DNA of 64,000 nucleotides from Occultella glacieicola (GTDB lineage: Bacteria; Actinomycetota; Actinomycetes; Actinomycetales; Beutenbergiaceae), in assembly GCF_004353825.1 (NCBI RefSeq), contig NZ_SMNA01000012.1, positions 1 to 64,000 on the forward strand. Reading direction: 5' to 3'. Numbering within the stretch: the first letter of the stretch is position 1; each line of letters starts with the position of its first letter. Of the stretch, positions 38,921 through 49,256 are shown piece after piece. Under the pieces are notes generated by a model that did no database searches, was not told where the DNA came from, and saw nothing but the letters and a program-made list of their open reading frames with translations. Position numbers and translations under genes: made by a program.

Positions 38921-39556
38921 GTGACCGACATGATCGTGGGCGCCCTCGCGCTGATACTCGGGCTGCTGCTGTGCTTCCGCGGAAGCAGCGCGATGCGCGG
39001 CCTGCTGGCCCTGTGGGGCGCTGCCATCGGGTTCGGCCTCGGGGTGGTGCTCGTCGCTGCGGTCGCCGACGAGGGGTACCTGGCCACCGGTGCCGCCTGG
39101 TTCGCGGCGATCGTCCTCGCGGTCGTGTTCGGCGCGCTCGCCTACGCCTTCTACGCGGTCGCTGTGGTGCTGGCGTTCGTCTCGATGGGTTACGTGCTCG
39201 GCCAGACGATCGCCGTCGCGTTCGGCGTCTCGCAGGTGTGGCTGCTCATCGTCCTCGGTGTCCTCGGCGGCCTCGTGCTGGGCGTGCTCGCCATCCTGAC
39301 GAACCTGCCCGAGCTGGTGCTGATCGTGATCAGTGCCCTGGCCGGGGCCGCGGTCGCCGTGGCCGGGGCACTGATCCTGCTCGACACCCTTGATCTCGAC
39401 GGGCTCACACAGACCCAGTTCCGGATCGCCGACCAGCCGCTCTGGTACGTCGTTCAGCTCGTGCTCGCCGTGCTCGGTATCGTGGTCCAGATCCGGTACG
39501 ACCGCCGACGGAAGCTGAGCACGGTGCGCACGTCCTGGGCCGCGGCCGGACGGTAG
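38921..39556 (+). CDS. multi-pass membrane protein (DUF4203-like)
   Basis: LGLLLCFRG start, about 7 hydrophobic helices, GIVVQ end. Confidence 0.75.
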   Translation: MTDMIVGALALILGLLLCFRGSSAMRGLLALWGAAIGFGLGVVLVAAVADEGYLATGAAWFAAIVLAVVFGALAYAFYAVAVVLAFVSMGYVLGQTIAVAFGVSQVWLLIVLGVLGGLVLGVLAILTNLPELVLIVISALAGAAVAVAGALILLDTLDLDGLTQTQFRIADQPLWYVVQLVLAVLGIVVQIRYDRRRKLSTVRTSWAAAGR

Positions 39557-39590
39557 CGGTGGGTAACACGGGACCAGCCGAGCCCCCTTC

Positions 39591-40217
39591 TCAGCCCAGC
39601 CATTGGCGGGCAGTCAGCACGTCCTGGCTGGTGATCCGGTGACCGACCGGCAGCTCGTGCTGGATCACCAGAGCTCCCGCACGGCGCAACCGTTCGGCCA
39701 GTCGTCGGCCGTCGCCGGACGATCGGCGGACGTCCTTCGCGCCGTCGACGATCAGGACGGGCGTGCCGTCCAGCAGATGGGGCGGATCCACGGCGAACGG
39801 CGACAGTGGCCGGAACAGGATCGCCCGCTCGAACAGTCCGGGCCGCGTGATCAGCAGCGCTGCCACCATGATCGCACCGTTGGAGAAGCCGACGGCGACC
39901 GGGCGTCCGGTGAGGTTGTGATCGACGCACGACTTCTCGATGAACGTCGAGAGCGCCGGCACCGCGGCGACAATGGCGTCCTCATCCAGTCGACGATCCG
40001 GGGAGCGCCGGAAGAAGGCATACCCCGGCTCCATGGCGACCGTTCCGCGGACGCCGAGCTTTGCCGCCCCCGGCGCCAACTCCTCTGCCAGCGGCAGGAG
40101 ATCCGTTTCGTAGCCGTTCGAACCGTGGAGCAGCACGAGGGGCGCCAGGCTGGTATCGGCGCCGGCCACGAAGGTGTGGACGTGACCAAGATCTGGACCA
40201 CGAATCGGGCCTCTCAT
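39591..40217 (-). CDS. alpha/beta hydrolase, carboxylesterase/phospholipase (MhqD-like)
   Basis: LLHGSNG, AFFRR, GFSNGA, GH. Confidence 0.85.
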   Translation of the reverse strand: MRGPIRGPDLGHVHTFVAGADTSLAPLVLLHGSNGYETDLLPLAEELAPGAAKLGVRGTVAMEPGYAFFRRSPDRRLDEDAIVAAVPALSTFIEKSCVDHNLTGRPVAVGFSNGAIMVAALLITRPGLFERAILFRPLSPFAVDPPHLLDGTPVLIVDGAKDVRRSSGDGRRLAERLRRAGALVIQHELPVGHRITSQDVLTARQWLG

Positions 40218-41056
40218 CGTGGTCTCGCGTGCTCGCTCACGGTGCGTGACACCAGCCCTCGCAGGTGATGGGCCAGCAGGTCCGGCTGATCGAGCGGCAC
40301 GAGGGTCGCCGCGTCCGGGATGCGCACGAACTCGGCGTCGGGCAGCAGGTCCGCGAGGCGCGGGCCGTGTTCGGCGGGCATCATCCGGTCGTCGTCGGCC
40401 CATGCCACGAGCGCGGGACCGGTGAACGCGGCGAGTCCGCTGGACCAGTCACGAGCAGCCGGGATCGGGAACCGGGCGCTGAACCGGCGCAGATCCCCGC
40501 GAATGCTCGCCTCACGCGAGGGTTCGAACCATCGACGCAGGCGCTCGTCCGGGATGGGGTGGGCAGCCATCGCGGCCGCGAGCCGGCGCCGCACGGCGCG
40601 CACCTTCGTCAGTTGCCCCTGAAGGGCGAGCCCACCGGGGATGCGTGACATTCGTGCCAACATCCGCCCCGGCTGTCCGGCGGGCACATTGTCGAACGCC
40701 TCGCAGGCGACCAGGGCAAGGCGGGCGACCCGGTCGGCAAGGCCCAGTTCCACGATGATCTGCGCCCCGCCCCAGTCGTTGAGCACCAGCGTCACATCCC
40801 GCAGGTCCAACGCGAGGAGCAGGTCCGCCACGAGCCTGGTCAATGACTCGTTGGTCAGGTCGTTCCCAGGTGCCGGACGACGGTGTGCGCCCAGCGGCAG
40901 GGTCGGGGCGATGCACCGAAGGTCGGGGAGCCGGTCGATCACCCCGTCCCAGACGCTGGCGTCCAGGAGTGGCCCGTGCAGGAGCACGAGCGTGGGGCCG
41001 TCGCCGCCGGTGTCGGTGATGTCGAGCGTCGCCGTCGGCAGATCGATAGCGGGCAC
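40214..41056 (-). CDS. alpha/beta hydrolase with an Asp nucleophile (NDWGG)
   Basis: LLHG, LPLGAH, NDWGGA, PLDQP. Confidence 0.82.
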   Translation of the reverse strand: MPAIDLPTATLDITDTGGDGPTLVLLHGPLLDASVWDGVIDRLPDLRCIAPTLPLGAHRRPAPGNDLTNESLTRLVADLLLALDLRDVTLVLNDWGGAQIIVELGLADRVARLALVACEAFDNVPAGQPGRMLARMSRIPGGLALQGQLTKVRAVRRRLAAAMAAHPIPDERLRRWFEPSREASIRGDLRRFSARFPIPAARDWSSGLAAFTGPALVAWADDDRMMPAEHGPRLADLLPDAEFVRIPDAATLVPLDQPDLLAHHLRGLVSRTVSEHARPR

Positions 41057-41061
41057 GGCAG

Positions 41062-41625
41062 TCAGCGGGTGCGCTGGTGGATGGTGACCAGCACGCCGTC
41101 GCCGTACGTCGTCGCCTCGGTGAGCGCCCAGGTGGACTTGTCTGGGGTCTGCGGCCACAGGGTACGGCCGAACCCGAGGATGACCGGCGAGACCATCAGG
41201 TGGATCTCATCCACCAGGTCGTGCGCCAGCAGACCCTGGGCGAGCTGGATGCTGCCGGCCACCGAGATCTCGCCGTCGATCTCGCTCTTGAGCCGGGACA
41301 CGTCCTCGACGAGGTCGCCGGAGAGCACGGTGGTGTTGGTCCACTCGGGGTCGGTGAGCGTCCGGGAGACGACGTACTTCGGCATGCTGTTGTACTTGTC
41401 GGCGAGTTCGCCCTCGTACCCTGGCCAGGCCTGCGCGAACCCTTCGTAGGTCGTGCGCCCGAGAAGCAGCGCCGCGGACCGGAGCGCTTCCACCTCCTTG
41501 AACCGTTCGCCGTCGGGCCCCCGGTCGATCTCGAAGCTCCAGTCCGGGTACTTGAAGTCCTCGCCGCCCGGTGCCTCCACGACTCCGTCGATGGAGATGA
41601 ATTCGGTGATCACGATCGTACCCAT
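41062..41625 (-). CDS. dihydrofolate reductase/RibD C-terminal family protein
   Basis: ISIDGVVEAP, LLGRTTYE, PKYVVS, LVDEIHL. Confidence 0.9.
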   Translation of the reverse strand: MGTIVITEFISIDGVVEAPGGEDFKYPDWSFEIDRGPDGERFKEVEALRSAALLLGRTTYEGFAQAWPGYEGELADKYNSMPKYVVSRTLTDPEWTNTTVLSGDLVEDVSRLKSEIDGEISVAGSIQLAQGLLAHDLVDEIHLMVSPVILGFGRTLWPQTPDKSTWALTEATTYGDGVLVTIHQRTR

Positions 41626-41626
41626 G

Positions 41627-42523
41627 TCAGTACTCCTTGTTTCGCTCGTCGGAAGCCGCCGCGTCGAGAAGCCGGTCGAGGGTTCCGCCGACGCTGGTGT
41701 GCACGCGCACGCTCCGGTCGCCCCGCGGCGCCAGCAGTCCTTGCTCATCGGCTCGGTAGAGCTCGGCCACGCTTGTGGCGATGTGCTCTCGCATGCCCGC
41801 GTCCGCCAGCGCTCCAGCCCAGGCCTCGTCAGGGAGCGTGGCGACCTGGAGCTGGCGGCCGAGCGCATCGCCGAGCGCCACAGCGACCGCCCTCTCGGAG
41901 TATGCGGGCCCGATGACGTCGACGGCTTCGCTGACCGTGGGAGGCGCGAGGAGCGCGTCGGCGGCGAGGTGCCCGAGGTCGCGGGTGGCGACCATCGGTC
42001 GGGGCGCGTCGGCGGAGGCCGCGAACACCGGGTAGATCCCGCGCTCGCGTGCGACGTCGATCAGGTCGGTGACCTTCTCCTGGAAGTGGCCCGGGCGTAG
42101 TGCCGTCAGGGTGGTACCGGTGGCGAGCAGCGCCTGCTCCAACCGGTGCAGCCCGGTGATGGGACCCGTCCCCTCGGCCAGGTCGGCCCCGCCGGAGGAG
42201 AGCATGACGACGTGCGGAACCCGTCGGTCGGCGACCGCACCTGCGATCGAGTCGATCAGGGTGCCGGCGTGCGCGTCGAGGTCATCGACGGTCAGGTCGA
42301 ACGGCAGCAGCACGAAGAACCCCGAGCAGCCTTCGAGCGCGCTTCCCAGCCCGGCCCGGTCCTCGAGATCGACGACCCGGGCCTCGGCGCCCCGCGCCCG
42401 CCAGGCGTCGCCGTCGGACTGACGGCGAACCAGGACGCGAACGTTCGCACCGGCCGCGAGCAGGCTGCGTGCCGTCGCCGATCCCACCCGGCCGGTCGCT
42501 CCTGCGACGGCGAACGTGCCCAT
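41627..42523 (-). CDS. NmrA-like NAD(P)H-binding protein
   Basis: AGATGRVG, LSSGGA, LRPGHFQE, MVATRDLG. Confidence 0.87.
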   Translation of the reverse strand: MGTFAVAGATGRVGSATARSLLAAGANVRVLVRRQSDGDAWRARGAEARVVDLEDRAGLGSALEGCSGFFVLLPFDLTVDDLDAHAGTLIDSIAGAVADRRVPHVVMLSSGGADLAEGTGPITGLHRLEQALLATGTTLTALRPGHFQEKVTDLIDVARERGIYPVFAASADAPRPMVATRDLGHLAADALLAPPTVSEAVDVIGPAYSERAVAVALGDALGRQLQVATLPDEAWAGALADAGMREHIATSVAELYRADEQGLLAPRGDRSVRVHTSVGGTLDRLLDAAASDERNKEY

Positions 42524-42524
42524 C

Positions 42525-43340
42525 TCACTTCTCCTTGATGAAGGTGCGCAGCGCCTGGGCGAGCACCTCGGGGGTGGTGCTGTGCTCCTGCCCAGGTACC
42601 GGCTTCAGGGTCGCGGTGGGCAGGTGCGCGGCGATGGTCCGCGCCGCGTCGGCGAGGAACGGCCAGGTGTCGATGCCGTGCATGGCCAGCACGGGTACCT
42701 CGACCCGGTCCCACAGATCGGCCCGCAACGGCCGCCCGGACATGGCGTCGCCCACTTGGCGTCCGTCGTAGGCGATCGTCGGGGCGATGGCCTCGAGACC
42801 GGGCCAGAAGTCCTCGCCGCGCATCCCGGCGACCATCTCCTCCGGCATCATCACGGCGGCGGTCATGAACAGGGCGACGGCGTCGCCCGGCCGGCCCTCG
42901 TCCACGGCGGTCTCGAGGCGCTCGACGTAGTCGGCCGGCAGGGGCGGGCGGGAGTCGTCGGTCACGGCGTTCGCCTCGAACACGGCCAGCCGCGCGATCG
43001 GGACTCCGGCCTGGGCGGCATTCAGGGCCAGGTTGCCGCCGGAGGACCAGCCGAACACCGTCGTGGGACCGCCGTGGCCGGCCTGGTCGATGATCGCGGC
43101 CAGATCCTCGAACTCCCGCTCGACGGCGTAGGGCGCCTTGTCGCCGCTCTCGCCGCGTCCGCGGCGGTCGTAGTTGATGACGAGGAACTCGTCGGCGAGC
43201 AGGTCCGCCGTCGCCGCGTTCTCGGGGGTGCTGGCGCGGTAGGCGGTCGCGCCGTCGATGATGACGATCGGGTCGCCGTCACCCCACGCCGTGTAGGCGA
43301 TGGTGGTGCCGTCTGCCGAGGTGACAGTGCCGTCGGACAT
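42525..43340 (-). CDS. alpha/beta hydrolase
   Basis: SADGTTIAY, YDRRGRGESGD, GWSSGG, GQEH. Confidence 0.88.
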   Translation of the reverse strand: MSDGTVTSADGTTIAYTAWGDGDPIVIIDGATAYRASTPENAATADLLADEFLVINYDRRGRGESGDKAPYAVEREFEDLAAIIDQAGHGGPTTVFGWSSGGNLALNAAQAGVPIARLAVFEANAVTDDSRPPLPADYVERLETAVDEGRPGDAVALFMTAAVMMPEEMVAGMRGEDFWPGLEAIAPTIAYDGRQVGDAMSGRPLRADLWDRVEVPVLAMHGIDTWPFLADAARTIAAHLPTATLKPVPGQEHSTTPEVLAQALRTFIKEK

Positions 43341-43397
43341 GGACGTTTCTCCTCATTCTCGGGAGTCGCGGTGTCGATCACCGCGACGGGAATGACG

Positions 43398-44120
43398 TTA
43401 GGAACCCGCCGGGTCCCCTGGCTTGTACAGGAGCGACATCGGCTCCGCGACCCGGTCACGCTGACGGAGCTGCGTCGCGGTGCGGCCGATGAAACGCTGG
43501 AGCGACCGGGCCAGGTGCGGCTGGTCGTAGTAGCCGAGCCGGTGGACGGCGTCGAGGGGTGCGGCTCCCTCACCGAGCAGCACGGCCGCCTCCCGCGCGC
43601 GGTGGATCTGCCGGATCGCCCCCTGGGTGAGCCCGGTCGCCGCGGCCACCCGGCGCTGCACCGACCGCGAGCCCACCCTGGCCAGGCCGCCCCACACCAC
43701 GTCGGCCACCAGCGGGTCCCGGACGAGCACGCCGGCACCGACGAGGTCGCGCACCAGGAGTTCGGCGTCGTCGAGGCCGGGGATCTCCCGCACCTCGTCC
43801 CGCAGCTCGAACGTGCGGCCGGTGACGCGCGGACTCTGCCGCTCACGATCCACGAGGTCCGCGACCGGAAGGTGCGGCATGGAGGTGCCATGCGCGAACG
43901 TGATCCCGAACGCCTCCGAGTCGCCGTTGAACGGCACGGTCGAGGCCGTCGTCTCGGGTCCCCGGACGGCGGCATGGACGACGCCCCGGTCCTCCCAGAA
44001 CACCAGCTCCCAGGTCGACGTCGCGACCGACGTCATGCTCCCGGCGCCGCTGGTGCGCCCGCGCCAGACCCGCTCCACATACGGCGAGTCGGAACCGCGG
44101 TGAATGCTCTCGACCGGCAT
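43398..44120 (-). CDS. AraC-family transcriptional regulator
   Basis: SDSPYVERVW, RSVQRR, GYYDQPHLARSLQRFIG. Confidence 0.85.
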   Translation of the reverse strand: MPVESIHRGSDSPYVERVWRGRTSGAGSMTSVATSTWELVFWEDRGVVHAAVRGPETTASTVPFNGDSEAFGITFAHGTSMPHLPVADLVDRERQSPRVTGRTFELRDEVREIPGLDDAELLVRDLVGAGVLVRDPLVADVVWGGLARVGSRSVQRRVAAATGLTQGAIRQIHRAREAAVLLGEGAAPLDAVHRLGYYDQPHLARSLQRFIGRTATQLRQRDRVAEPMSLLYKPGDPAGS

Positions 44121-44374
44121 GCCACACCTTTCCGAGGAGTGCGCGGAGTAGCGGAGACACGTCGACGATACGACCCGGCAGGTCGGCTCGCGTCGGCCGG
44201 AGAGCGTAGACGCGGCTACGTCGATCGACGCATGGCGCCCGGCGGGCCCGCGACCCGGGCTCACCGTCCCGAGGTACGTCACAGGACGTAGGGGAAGTGT
44301 CGCGCCCGGTGGTACCTGCGCAGTCCTCCGACGCGCGAATGTAGGGCCTCCACCACTCGCTCACGGAGGTCATC

Positions 44375-45679
44375 ATGAGAGTCCGTCACACCGCGTTCGG
44401 CCTCGCCGCCGGCGTGCTCGCGCTCGCCCTGGTCGCGCCGAGCACGCCCGCGCAGGGATCGCCGCCGACACCGACATCGGCGGTCACCCGGTGGGTCGAG
44501 CGACACGCCGTCGCCGTCCCGGACGACCCGACCCGACCCGGCCGCGACCTCGCGGCGATCGCTCGGGCCACCGCCGGGGCGGAGGTGATCGGACTCGGCG
44601 AACCCGGCCACACGATCGGCGAGGTCACCACGCTGCAGGCCCGCTACCTGCGCCACCTGGTCACCCACGAGGGAGTGCGGGCGATCGCGTTCGAGATGGA
44701 CTGGACGCTCTCCCTCAGCGTCAGCGACTACGTACTGGGCGTCCGCGACGATCTCGACGCCGTGCTCGACGTGCAGGAGAGGATCTGGCGGACCACCGAG
44801 TTCCGCGACGTGCTCGAGTGGCTCCGCCACTACAACGACACGCACGTCACCGATGTGCGGATCGCCGGAACCGAGTACTTCGCGACCGGGTCGCCCGCCT
44901 ATGACGCCGTCGAGGCCCATGTCGCCGCGAACGCGCCCGACCGGATGACCGAGCTGCTGACGTACTTCGAGTGGGTGCGGCCGGATCCCGGGGTCGATCC
45001 GCGCACCCACCTGGGCGAGTACCTGGCGATCGTGGACAAGACGCCCTACGTGGAGGCTGCCGCCGCGGTCGAGCAGCTCGTCGAAACCATCGGAGGCGGC
45101 GACAGTGGTGACCTCGCCGCCCACCACGCCCGGCAGATCCACTCCTGGTACGAGGCGTTCAGCCTGCCGTGGGACGACATTCCCGACTACCGGGACGCCA
45201 GATCAGCGGAGAACGTGCGCTGGTGGCAGCACCACACGGGGGCGCGCACCGTCTACTGGGCCGCGTCCGCGCACGTCGCCGACGCGCCGCGCCTGACGAT
45301 CACCGAGCCGGGTGAGCCGGACACCACCTTCGCGAGCGCGGGATCCCACCTCGAGGACTGGTACGGGCGGCACTACGTGACCATCGGGTTCACCTTCGAC
45401 CACGGCACGTACCTCACCGAGGACGGCACGACCGTCGCGATGCCGCCGGCCTCCCCCGGCTGGTTCGAGCGGCCCCTCGCGGACGTCCGCCACGCCCAGT
45501 TCGTCGTCGGGCTCGACCGGCACGTGCCACGGGCGGTCCGCGACTGGCTCGACGCCCAGCTCAGGACCCGCGGCCTTCCCGAGTACGGAAGCGGGTCGCT
45601 CGCCCACGGCGGCACCCTTCGCGAGTGGTTCGACGTGCTCGTCCACACGCAGGAGGTCACCCCCGCGGAGCCGCTCTGA
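44375..45679 (+). CDS. secreted erythromycin esterase family protein
   Basis: signal peptide; IGLGEPGH, AFEMDW, WLRHYN, RDARSAENV, AH, FDVLVH. Confidence 0.85.
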   Translation: MRVRHTAFGLAAGVLALALVAPSTPAQGSPPTPTSAVTRWVERHAVAVPDDPTRPGRDLAAIARATAGAEVIGLGEPGHTIGEVTTLQARYLRHLVTHEGVRAIAFEMDWTLSLSVSDYVLGVRDDLDAVLDVQERIWRTTEFRDVLEWLRHYNDTHVTDVRIAGTEYFATGSPAYDAVEAHVAANAPDRMTELLTYFEWVRPDPGVDPRTHLGEYLAIVDKTPYVEAAAAVEQLVETIGGGDSGDLAAHHARQIHSWYEAFSLPWDDIPDYRDARSAENVRWWQHHTGARTVYWAASAHVADAPRLTITEPGEPDTTFASAGSHLEDWYGRHYVTIGFTFDHGTYLTEDGTTVAMPPASPGWFERPLADVRHAQFVVGLDRHVPRAVRDWLDAQLRTRGLPEYGSGSLAHGGTLREWFDVLVHTQEVTPAEPL

Positions 45680-45694
45680 GGCAGGGCGACACCG

Positions 45695-47299
45695 CTACCG
45701 CCCCGAACGCGCGGCCCGTGGCCGCTCCGGCGGGACCGCCGCGAGCAGTCGCTGCGTGTACTCCTCGCGCGGGTCGGCGAACAACTCTCCGGCGGGGCGG
45801 TACTCCACCGCGACACCCTCCTGCATGACCAGCACGTCGTGACTCATGTCCTGCACGATCGCGAGGTCGTGGGCGATGAACAGGTAGGTCAGCGCCAGCT
45901 CCTGCTGCAGGTCGCGCAACAGGCCGAGCACCTGCGCCTGGATCGAGGCGTCCAGGGAGGCGGTCGCCTCGTCGAGGATCAGCAGGTCCGGTTCCAGCGC
46001 CAGCGCCCGCGCGATCGAGACCCGCTGGCGCTGGCCGCCGGAGAGTTCGTGCGGGAACCGGGACGCGAAGGCCGTCGGGAGCCGGACCAGGTCGAACAGC
46101 GCGGCGACCCGCTCGCGGTGCCGCCCGGGCCGCAGCCGGTGCACCCGCAATGGCTCGGCGACGGCGTCGCCGGCGCGGATACGCGGGTCGAGTGAGGAGA
46201 ACGGGTCCTGGAAGACCATGGCGAGGCGCCGCCGTCGGTCCCGTGGCACCTTGCCGAGCAACGGCTGCCCCTCCAGCGTGGCGCTCCCGTTCGCCCGCAC
46301 GAGCCCGGTGAGCGCGTTCGCGATGGTGGACTTGCCCGAACCCGACTCCCCCACCAGGCCCAGCGTGGTCCCGCGCCGCACCTGGAAGGAGACGTCCCGA
46401 ACCGCGTGGATCTGGGCGCGGCCGGTCGGCGTGGAGACGGGGAAGCGGACGTCGAGGTTCGCCACGTCCAGCAGCACCGCCCCGGAGTCGTCCACCGGCG
46501 GCGGGGGCGAGCCACCGAGGCGCGGCCGGGCCGCGAGCAGCACCTGCGTGTACGGATGAGCGGGTGCGTCGACGAGTTCGACGATCGGGCGGTGTTCGAC
46601 CACCTGGCCCTGCTGCAGCACGATCACGTCATCGGCGACCTGCCCGATCACGCCCAGGTCGTGGCTGATCCAGACCACGGCGGTGCCGCGTTGCTCCTGC
46701 AGGTCTCGCACCAGGTCGATGATCTGCGCCTGCGTGGTCACGTCCAGGGCGGTGGTGGGCTCGTCGGCGATCAGCAGGCCCGGGTCACAGGCGAGCGCGA
46801 TCGCGATCATGACGCGCTGGCGCTGGCCGCCGGAGAGCTGGTGCGGGTAGGCGTCCAGGCGGTTCTCGGGCGTGGGGATCCCGACGGCGGAGAGCAGGTC
46901 GAGCGCGCGGGTGCGGGCCGCGCGGCGGGTCAGGTTCCGGTGCGCCTCCAGCGACTCGGTGATCTGCCGCTCGAGGGTGAGCAGCGGGTTCAGGGACGTG
47001 GACGGGTCCTGGAAGACGAACCCGATGGCGTCCCCGTGCACGCGGCGCAGCGCCTTCGGGCTCGCTCCGATGAGCCGGGCCAGCCCGAGTCGGTCGTCGC
47101 GCAGGATCGCCGAGCCACCGACCCTGGCGCCGGGGGCGTCGAGGAGCCCGGTGGCGGCGAGCACGGTCATCGACTTCCCGGAGCCGGACTCCCCCACGAT
47201 GCCGAGGGTCTGCTCACGCTCCAGGGCGAAGGAGACCCCGCGGACGATGTCGGTGCGGCCGATCGAGACATGCAGGTCGGCGACCTCGAGGACGTTCAT
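45695..47299 (-). CDS. peptide/nickel-type ABC transporter ATP-binding protein (two ATPase domains)
   Basis: two GESGSGKS Walker A motifs and two LSGGQRQR signatures. Confidence 0.93.
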   Translation of the reverse strand: MNVLEVADLHVSIGRTDIVRGVSFALEREQTLGIVGESGSGKSMTVLAATGLLDAPGARVGGSAILRDDRLGLARLIGASPKALRRVHGDAIGFVFQDPSTSLNPLLTLERQITESLEAHRNLTRRAARTRALDLLSAVGIPTPENRLDAYPHQLSGGQRQRVMIAIALACDPGLLIADEPTTALDVTTQAQIIDLVRDLQEQRGTAVVWISHDLGVIGQVADDVIVLQQGQVVEHRPIVELVDAPAHPYTQVLLAARPRLGGSPPPPVDDSGAVLLDVANLDVRFPVSTPTGRAQIHAVRDVSFQVRRGTTLGLVGESGSGKSTIANALTGLVRANGSATLEGQPLLGKVPRDRRRRLAMVFQDPFSSLDPRIRAGDAVAEPLRVHRLRPGRHRERVAALFDLVRLPTAFASRFPHELSGGQRQRVSIARALALEPDLLILDEATASLDASIQAQVLGLLRDLQQELALTYLFIAHDLAIVQDMSHDVLVMQEGVAVEYRPAGELFADPREEYTQRLLAAVPPERPRAARSGR

Positions 47300-48291
47300 C
47301 GGTGCCGGGCCTCCATCCGGGTGCGCTGCTTGGGGTCGAGGACGTCCCGCAGTCCGTCGCCGAGCAGGTTGAACGCCAGCACGGTCACGAAGATCGCCAG
47401 GCCCGGGAAGACGCTCATCCACCACGCCTGGGTGACGAAGCCCTGGGCGGCGAACAGCATCCCGCCCCAGGACGGCTGCGGCGGCTGGATACCGAGGCCG
47501 AGGAAGGACAGTGCGGCCTCGGACAGGATCGCGAACGCCAGCGACAGGGACGTCTGCACGATCAGCGGCCCGGTGATGTTCGGCAGCACGTGCCGGCGCA
47601 GGATCCGCCACCACGGGGTGCCCATGGTCTGGGCCACCTGCACGTACGGTTCGGTGCGCACCGACAGCGTCGAGGCCCGGGCCACCCGGGCGAAGATCGG
47701 CGTGTAGACGATCCCGATGGCGAGCATCGTGGTCGCCATGCCCGGCTGCAGGATCGCCACGATCGCCAGGGCCAGCAGCAGCACCGGGAACGCGAACATC
47801 ACGTCGACCACGCGCATCGAGACGGTGTCGAGCCAGCCGCCGACGTACCCGGAGATGATCCCGATCGGCACCCCGACGCAGAACGCGAACGTCACCGACA
47901 CCACGGCGACCTGCAGCGAGGTGCTCGCGGCGAGCATCACCCTGGAGAGGATGTCGCGGCCGAGGTCGTCGGTGCCGAACGGGTGCGCCCAGCTCGGCGG
48001 CTGCAACGCGCCGGCGACGTCCACCTCGTTCACGCCGTACGGAGCGATCCACTGGGCGGTGAGCGCCACGAACACCACGACGGCGAGGGTGGCCGCGGCG
48101 GCGACGGTGACCGGATTGGCGACGAGCAGCCGCCAGGCGGCGACCCGGCGCTCAGGCGCGGCGTCGTCGACCGGGCCGGCGCCACCGGCGCTGGGAGGCC
48201 CGAACGCCGGTCCGCCCAGCGGGTCCACCCCGCCAACGGACGCCGACCCGCCCGGCCCGACCTGCGCCGTCGGGCGCTGTGCGTTGCTCAT
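47296..48291 (-). CDS. ABC transporter permease (DppC-like)
   Basis: HPFGTDDLGRD, RHVLPN, EAALSFLGLG. Confidence 0.92.
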   Translation of the reverse strand: MSNAQRPTAQVGPGGSASVGGVDPLGGPAFGPPSAGGAGPVDDAAPERRVAAWRLLVANPVTVAAAATLAVVVFVALTAQWIAPYGVNEVDVAGALQPPSWAHPFGTDDLGRDILSRVMLAASTSLQVAVVSVTFAFCVGVPIGIISGYVGGWLDTVSMRVVDVMFAFPVLLLALAIVAILQPGMATTMLAIGIVYTPIFARVARASTLSVRTEPYVQVAQTMGTPWWRILRRHVLPNITGPLIVQTSLSLAFAILSEAALSFLGLGIQPPQPSWGGMLFAAQGFVTQAWWMSVFPGLAIFVTVLAFNLLGDGLRDVLDPKQRTRMEARHR

Positions 48292-49256
48292 GACAGCCGG
48301 ATCCGCGGGTCGACCACCGCGTAGAGCACGTCCACGACCAGGTTCACCACCAGGAACATCACCGCGATCAACAGCACGGCGCCCTGGATGAGCGCGTAGT
48401 CGCGGGCGGCCACCGCGTCGTAGACGAGCCGGCCGAGACCGGGCCAGGCGAACACGACCTCCACCACGATCACCCCGGACAGGATCGTCGCGAGCTGGAT
48501 CCCCACGATGGTCAGCACCGGCACCAGCGCGTTGCGCACGATGTGCCGCCCGGTGACCACGCTCGGCGCCAGCCCCTTCGAGCGGGCGGTCCGCACGAAG
48601 CCGGCGTGCGCCACCTCGAGCACGGCGGCACGGATGTACCGGGTCAGGATCGCGGCCGCCACCAGGCCCACGGTCAGCGCCGGCAGGATCACCCGGCGGG
48701 CCCACCCGGCCGGATCCTCCGCTAGCGGGGCGTACCCGCTGGAGGGCAGCCAGCCGAGCACCCCTGCGAACAGGGTGATCAGCAGCAGCCCCATCCAGAA
48801 GTCCGGGATCGACACCCCGAACTGCGAGGTGACCCGCACGATCCCGTCGGCCAGCCGGCCCTCCCGCAGCCCGGCCCAGATCCCGGCGGGAACCGAGATG
48901 AGCAGGGCGATCAGCACGCCGACCAGCGCCAGCGAGATCGTCGCGGGCAGCCGTTCGAGAAGCAGCAACGTCACCGGCTGCCCGCTGCGGAAACTCACGC
49001 CGAGGTCCCCGGTGAGCGCACCGGTCACGTAGGAGACGAACTGCTCGTGCAACGGCCGGTCGAGCCCGCTGGCGGCCCGCAGCGCGTCGTAGGCGTCCTG
49101 GTTGAACCGGGTCCCCAGGGCGAGCCGGATCGGGTCACCGGGCACGAGCTGGACGATCGCGAACGTCACCACGAGCACCCCGAACAGGACGACCGCCGAG
49201 TACAGCAGCCGCCTGCCGAGGAAGACGAAGAGCGCTCGGGGCGAGCCCGACCTCAC
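48288..49256 (-). CDS. ABC transporter permease (DppB-like)
   Basis: PGDP, GDLGVS, TARSKGL, VEVVFAWPGLG. Confidence 0.92.
   Translation of the reverse strand: MRSGSPRALFVFLGRRLLYSAVVLFGVLVVTFAIVQLVPGDPIRLALGTRFNQDAYDALRAASGLDRPLHEQFVSYVTGALTGDLGVSFRSGQPVTLLLLERLPATISLALVGVLIALLISVPAGIWAGLREGRLADGIVRVTSQFGVSIPDFWMGLLLITLFAGVLGWLPSSGYAPLAEDPAGWARRVILPALTVGLVAAAILTRYIRAAVLEVAHAGFVRTARSKGLAPSVVTGRHIVRNALVPVLTIVGIQLATILSGVIVVEVVFAWPGLGRLVYDAVAARDYALIQGAVLLIAVMFLVVNLVVDVLYAVVDPRIRLS

Noticed and set aside
44375..45679. Bona fide ereA/ereB resistance gene
   Set aside because: Only family-level motifs are present, and it has a signal peptide unlike the characterised resistance enzymes.
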